Assembly: GCA_002269645.1 (NCBI GenBank)
Contig: NIVC01000382.1
Coordinates: forward strand, 124,001-188,000
Source of the DNA: Macrostomum lignano
Taxonomy: Eukaryota
Reading direction: 5' to 3'
Length of the DNA stretch: 64,000 nt
Position 1 is the stretch's first letter. The number at the start of each line of letters is the position of its first letter. Below are positions 60,797 through 64,000 of this stretch, piece after piece. The notes below the pieces were generated by a model. It ran no database searches, was not told the origin of the DNA, and saw nothing but the letters and a program-made list of their open reading frames with translations. The position numbers and the translations under genes are program-made.

Positions 60797-63640
60797 ATGG
60801 TGGCTTTTTACTGTTAGACATGGTGGCTCTTTAATGTTAGACATGGTGGCTCTTTAATGTTAGACATGGTGGCTCTTTAATGTTTGACATGGTGGTTCTT
60901 TAATGTTAGACATGGTGGCTCTTCTATGTTTAACAATGTGGCTCTTTAATGTTTTACATGGTGGCTCTTTAATGTTCGACATGGTGGTTCTTTAATGTTC
61001 GACATGGTGGCTCTTTAATATCAGACATGGTGGCTCTTTAATGTTCGACATAGTGGCTCTTTAATGTTAGACATGGTGGCTCTTCTATGTTTGACATGGT
61101 GGCTCTTCTATTTTTGACATGGTGGCTCTTTAATGTTCGACATGGTGGTCCTTTAATTTTTGACATAGTGGCTCTTTACTGTTAGACATGGTGGCTCTTT
61201 AATGTTCGATATGGTGGCACTTTAATGTTTGACATCATGCCAGATTTATGTTTGACATGGTGGCTCTTTAATGTTCGACATGGTGGCTCTTTTAGGTTTG
61301 ACATGTTGGCTCTTTAATGTTCGATATGGTGGCACTTTAATGTTTGACATCATGCCAGATTTATGTTTGACATGGTGGCTCTTTAATGTTCGACTTGGTG
61401 GCTCTTTTAGGTTTGACATGGTGGCTCTTTAATGTTCGACATGGTGGTTCTTTAATGTTCTACATGGTGGCCCTTTAATGTTCGACATGGTGGCTCTTTA
61501 CTGTTAGACATGGTGGCTCTTTAATGTTTGATATGGTGGCTTCTAATTGTTTGACATGGTGGCTCTTAGATGTTCAAAATGGTGGCTCTTTAATGTTCGA
61601 AATAGTGGCTCTTTAATGTTCGAAATGGTGGCTCTTTTATGTTTGACATGGTGGCTCTTTTATGTTCGACATGGTGGCTCTTTTATGTTTGACATGGTGG
61701 CTCTTTTATGTTCGACATGGTGGCTCTTTTATGTTTGACATGGTGGCTCTTTAATGTTTGACATGGTGGCTTCTAATTGTTTGACATGGTGGCTCTTAGA
61801 TGTTCAAAATGGTGGCTCTTTAATGTTCGAAATGGTGGCTCTTTAATGTTCGAAATGGTGGCTCTTTTATGTTTGACATGGTGGCTCTTTTATGTTCGAC
61901 ATGGTGGCTCTTTTATGTTTGACATGGTGGCTCTTTTATGTTTGACATGGTGGCTCTTTTATGTTTGAAATGGTGGCTCTTTTATGTTTGACATGGTGGC
62001 TCTTTAATGTTTGACATGGTGGCTTCTAATTGTTTGACATGGTGGCTCTTAGATGTTCAAAATGGTGGCTCTTTAATGTTCGAAATGGTGGCTCTTTTAT
62101 GTTTGACATGGTGGCTCTTTAATGTTCGACATGGTGGCTCTTTAATGTTGGAAATGGTGGCTCTTAAATGTTCGACATGGTGGCTCTTTAATGTTTGACA
62201 TGGTGGCTCTTAAATGTTTGACATGGTGGCTCTTTAATGTTCGACATGGTGGCTCTTTAATGTTCGAAATGGTGGCTCTTAAATGTTCGACATGGTGGCT
62301 CTTTAATGTTTGACATGGTGGCTTCTAATTGTTTGACATGGTGGCTCTTAGATGTTCAAAATGGTGGCTCTTTAATGTTCGAAATGGTGGCTCTTTAATG
62401 TTCGAAATGGTGGCTCTTTAATGTTCGAAATGGTGGCTCTTTTATGTTTGACATGGTGGCTCTTTTATGTTCGACATGGTGGCTCTTTTATGTTTGACAT
62501 GGTGGCTCTTTTATGTTTGACATGGTGGCTCTTTAATGTTTGACATGGTGGCTTCTAATTGTTTGACATGGTGGCTCTTAGATGTTCAAAATGGTGGCTC
62601 TTTAATGTTCGAAATGGTGGCTCTTTTATGTTTGACATGGTGGCTCTTTAATGTTCGACATGGTGGCTCTTTAATGTTGGAAATGGTGGCTCTTAAATGT
62701 TCGACATGGTGGCTCTTTAATGTTTGACATGGTGGCTCTTAAATGTTTGACATGGTGGCTCTTTAATGTTCGACATGGTGGCTCTTTAATGTTCGAAATG
62801 GTGGCTCTTAAATGTTCGACATGGTGGCTCTTTAATGTTTGACATGGTGGCTTCTAATTGTTTGACATGGTGGCTCTTAGATGTTCAAAATGGTGGCTCT
62901 TTAATGTTCGAAATGGTGGCTCTTTAATGTTCGAAATGGTGGCTCTTTTATGTTTGACATGGTGGCTCTTTTATGTTTACATGGTGGCTCTTTTATGTTT
63001 GACATGGTGGCTCTTTTATGTTCGACAAAGTGGCTCTTTAATGTTTGACATGGTGGCTCTTAAATGTTTGACATGGTGGCTCTTTAATGTTCGACATGGT
63101 GGCTCTTTAATGTTCGAAATGGTGGCTCTTAAATGTTCGACATGGTGGCTCTTTAATGTTTGACATGGTGGCTTCTAATTGTTTGACATGGTGGCTCTTA
63201 GATGTTCAAAATGGTGGCTCTTTAATGTTCGAAATGGTGGCTCTTTAATGTTCGAAATGGTGGCTCTTTTATGTTTGACATGGTGGCTCTTTTATGTTTG
63301 ACATGGTGGCTCTTTTATGTTTGACATGGTGGCTCTTTTATGTTTGACATGGTGGCTCTTTTATGTTTGACATGGCGGCTCTTTTATGTTTGACATGGTG
63401 GCTCTTTTATGTTTGACAGGGTGGCTCTTAAATGTTTGACATGGTGGCTCCTTAATCTTTGACATGGAACCTTCTAAATGTTTGACATGGTGGCTCTTTA
63501 ATGTTCTTCATGGTGGCTCTTCAATATTCTACATGGTGGCTCTTTAATGTTCGACATGGTGGCTCTTCTATGTTTGATATGGTTACTCTTTTATGTTCGA
63601 TATGTTGGTTCTTCTATGTTTGACATTGCGCTTCTTTGAT
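60797..63640. repeat. 23-bp satellite with higher-order repeats, roughly 125 copies
   Basis: Same monomer as 54730-59260. Confidence 0.97.
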
Positions 63641-63692
63641 GTTTAGCAGTTTTGTTGTGTTTTTAAGGTGTTTTAATAAATAAAATCTTTTT

Positions 63693-63755
63693 GCACTACT
63701 AAGATTCGAACCCAGGTTGCTACATTAGCATTCCAGTCTGTTCGCATCAGGGCTA
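63693..63755 (-). ncRNA. Second copy of the tRNA-derived cassette
   Basis: Near-identical to 59312-59374, B box retained. Confidence 0.55.
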
Positions 63756-64000
63756 TCTCTTTTCAATTGGAGAACATGAATTGTGGCCCTTATAATTCAA
63801 TTCTTACAGCAAGTCAATTGGAGTAAAAAGTTATGACATAATCAATTTCTCAGTCAGCCAGTATCAGTCTCAATTCAAGTTAGCAATATGGTTACGCAAT
63901 TTAAATCAAGTCGTGTGTGCATTTCTTCGGCACTGTTTTCAACTTGTTGTGATGCAATCTTTATCACAATCGGAATTCAGTCAGTCAGTTTTTTCTCTAG

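Larger units (their letters stand above)
59862..64000 (-). mobile_element. Second tandem copy (element C2); its head lies beyond the window
   Basis: Hairpin GTCCCCC-GAT-GGGGGAC at 59874-59890 and CTAG at 59862-59865 abut the C1 head. 63640-64000 repeats about 59260-59640. Confidence 0.88.

Noticed and set aside
54340-63163. Many ORFs such as GGACYLG, MLAIWG and MFDMVAL repeats
   Set aside because: Artefacts of the 18-bp and 23-bp satellites.
54730-63640. Possible CRISPR array
   Set aside because: Monomers are contiguous with no unique spacers, there are no cas genes, and the context is eukaryotic.

Overview
Repeat-saturated eukaryotic (most likely invertebrate animal) DNA with GT-AG introns; no conventional host housekeeping gene, rRNA, true tRNA or CRISPR array was found. 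In order: a TATA/CCAAT/AP-1/CRE promoter with no identifiable downstream gene; a decayed NOF-FB/Rehavkus-like MULE transposase; the left ~7.3 kb of a Polinton/adintovirus-like element (AGTAGT end, 237-bp hairpin, GxG-motif core-type proteins, frameshifted OTU-pPolB). This is cut off by a non-autonomous Helitron carrying a nested non-coding LTR element, joined head-to-tail to a Helitron with a 9-exon OTU-Rep-helicase gene. Next come an RPA70-like gene and, divergent from it, a hidden spliced polyQ/CCHC-knuckle/RS gene broken by a LINE. Then a lectin-like exon, a decayed hAT, a USP-like exon, a MITE, an orphan ORF, an intact young Gypsy element, a decayed Gypsy pol abutting a viral-type Prim-Pol fragment, and two tandem non-autonomous Helitrons. 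These last two share their ~415-bp head with the Rep-helicase element, carry a tRNA-derived cassette, and hold kb-scale 23-bp and ~18-bp satellite arrays. All family assignments come from motif recognition by eye; no database search was run.
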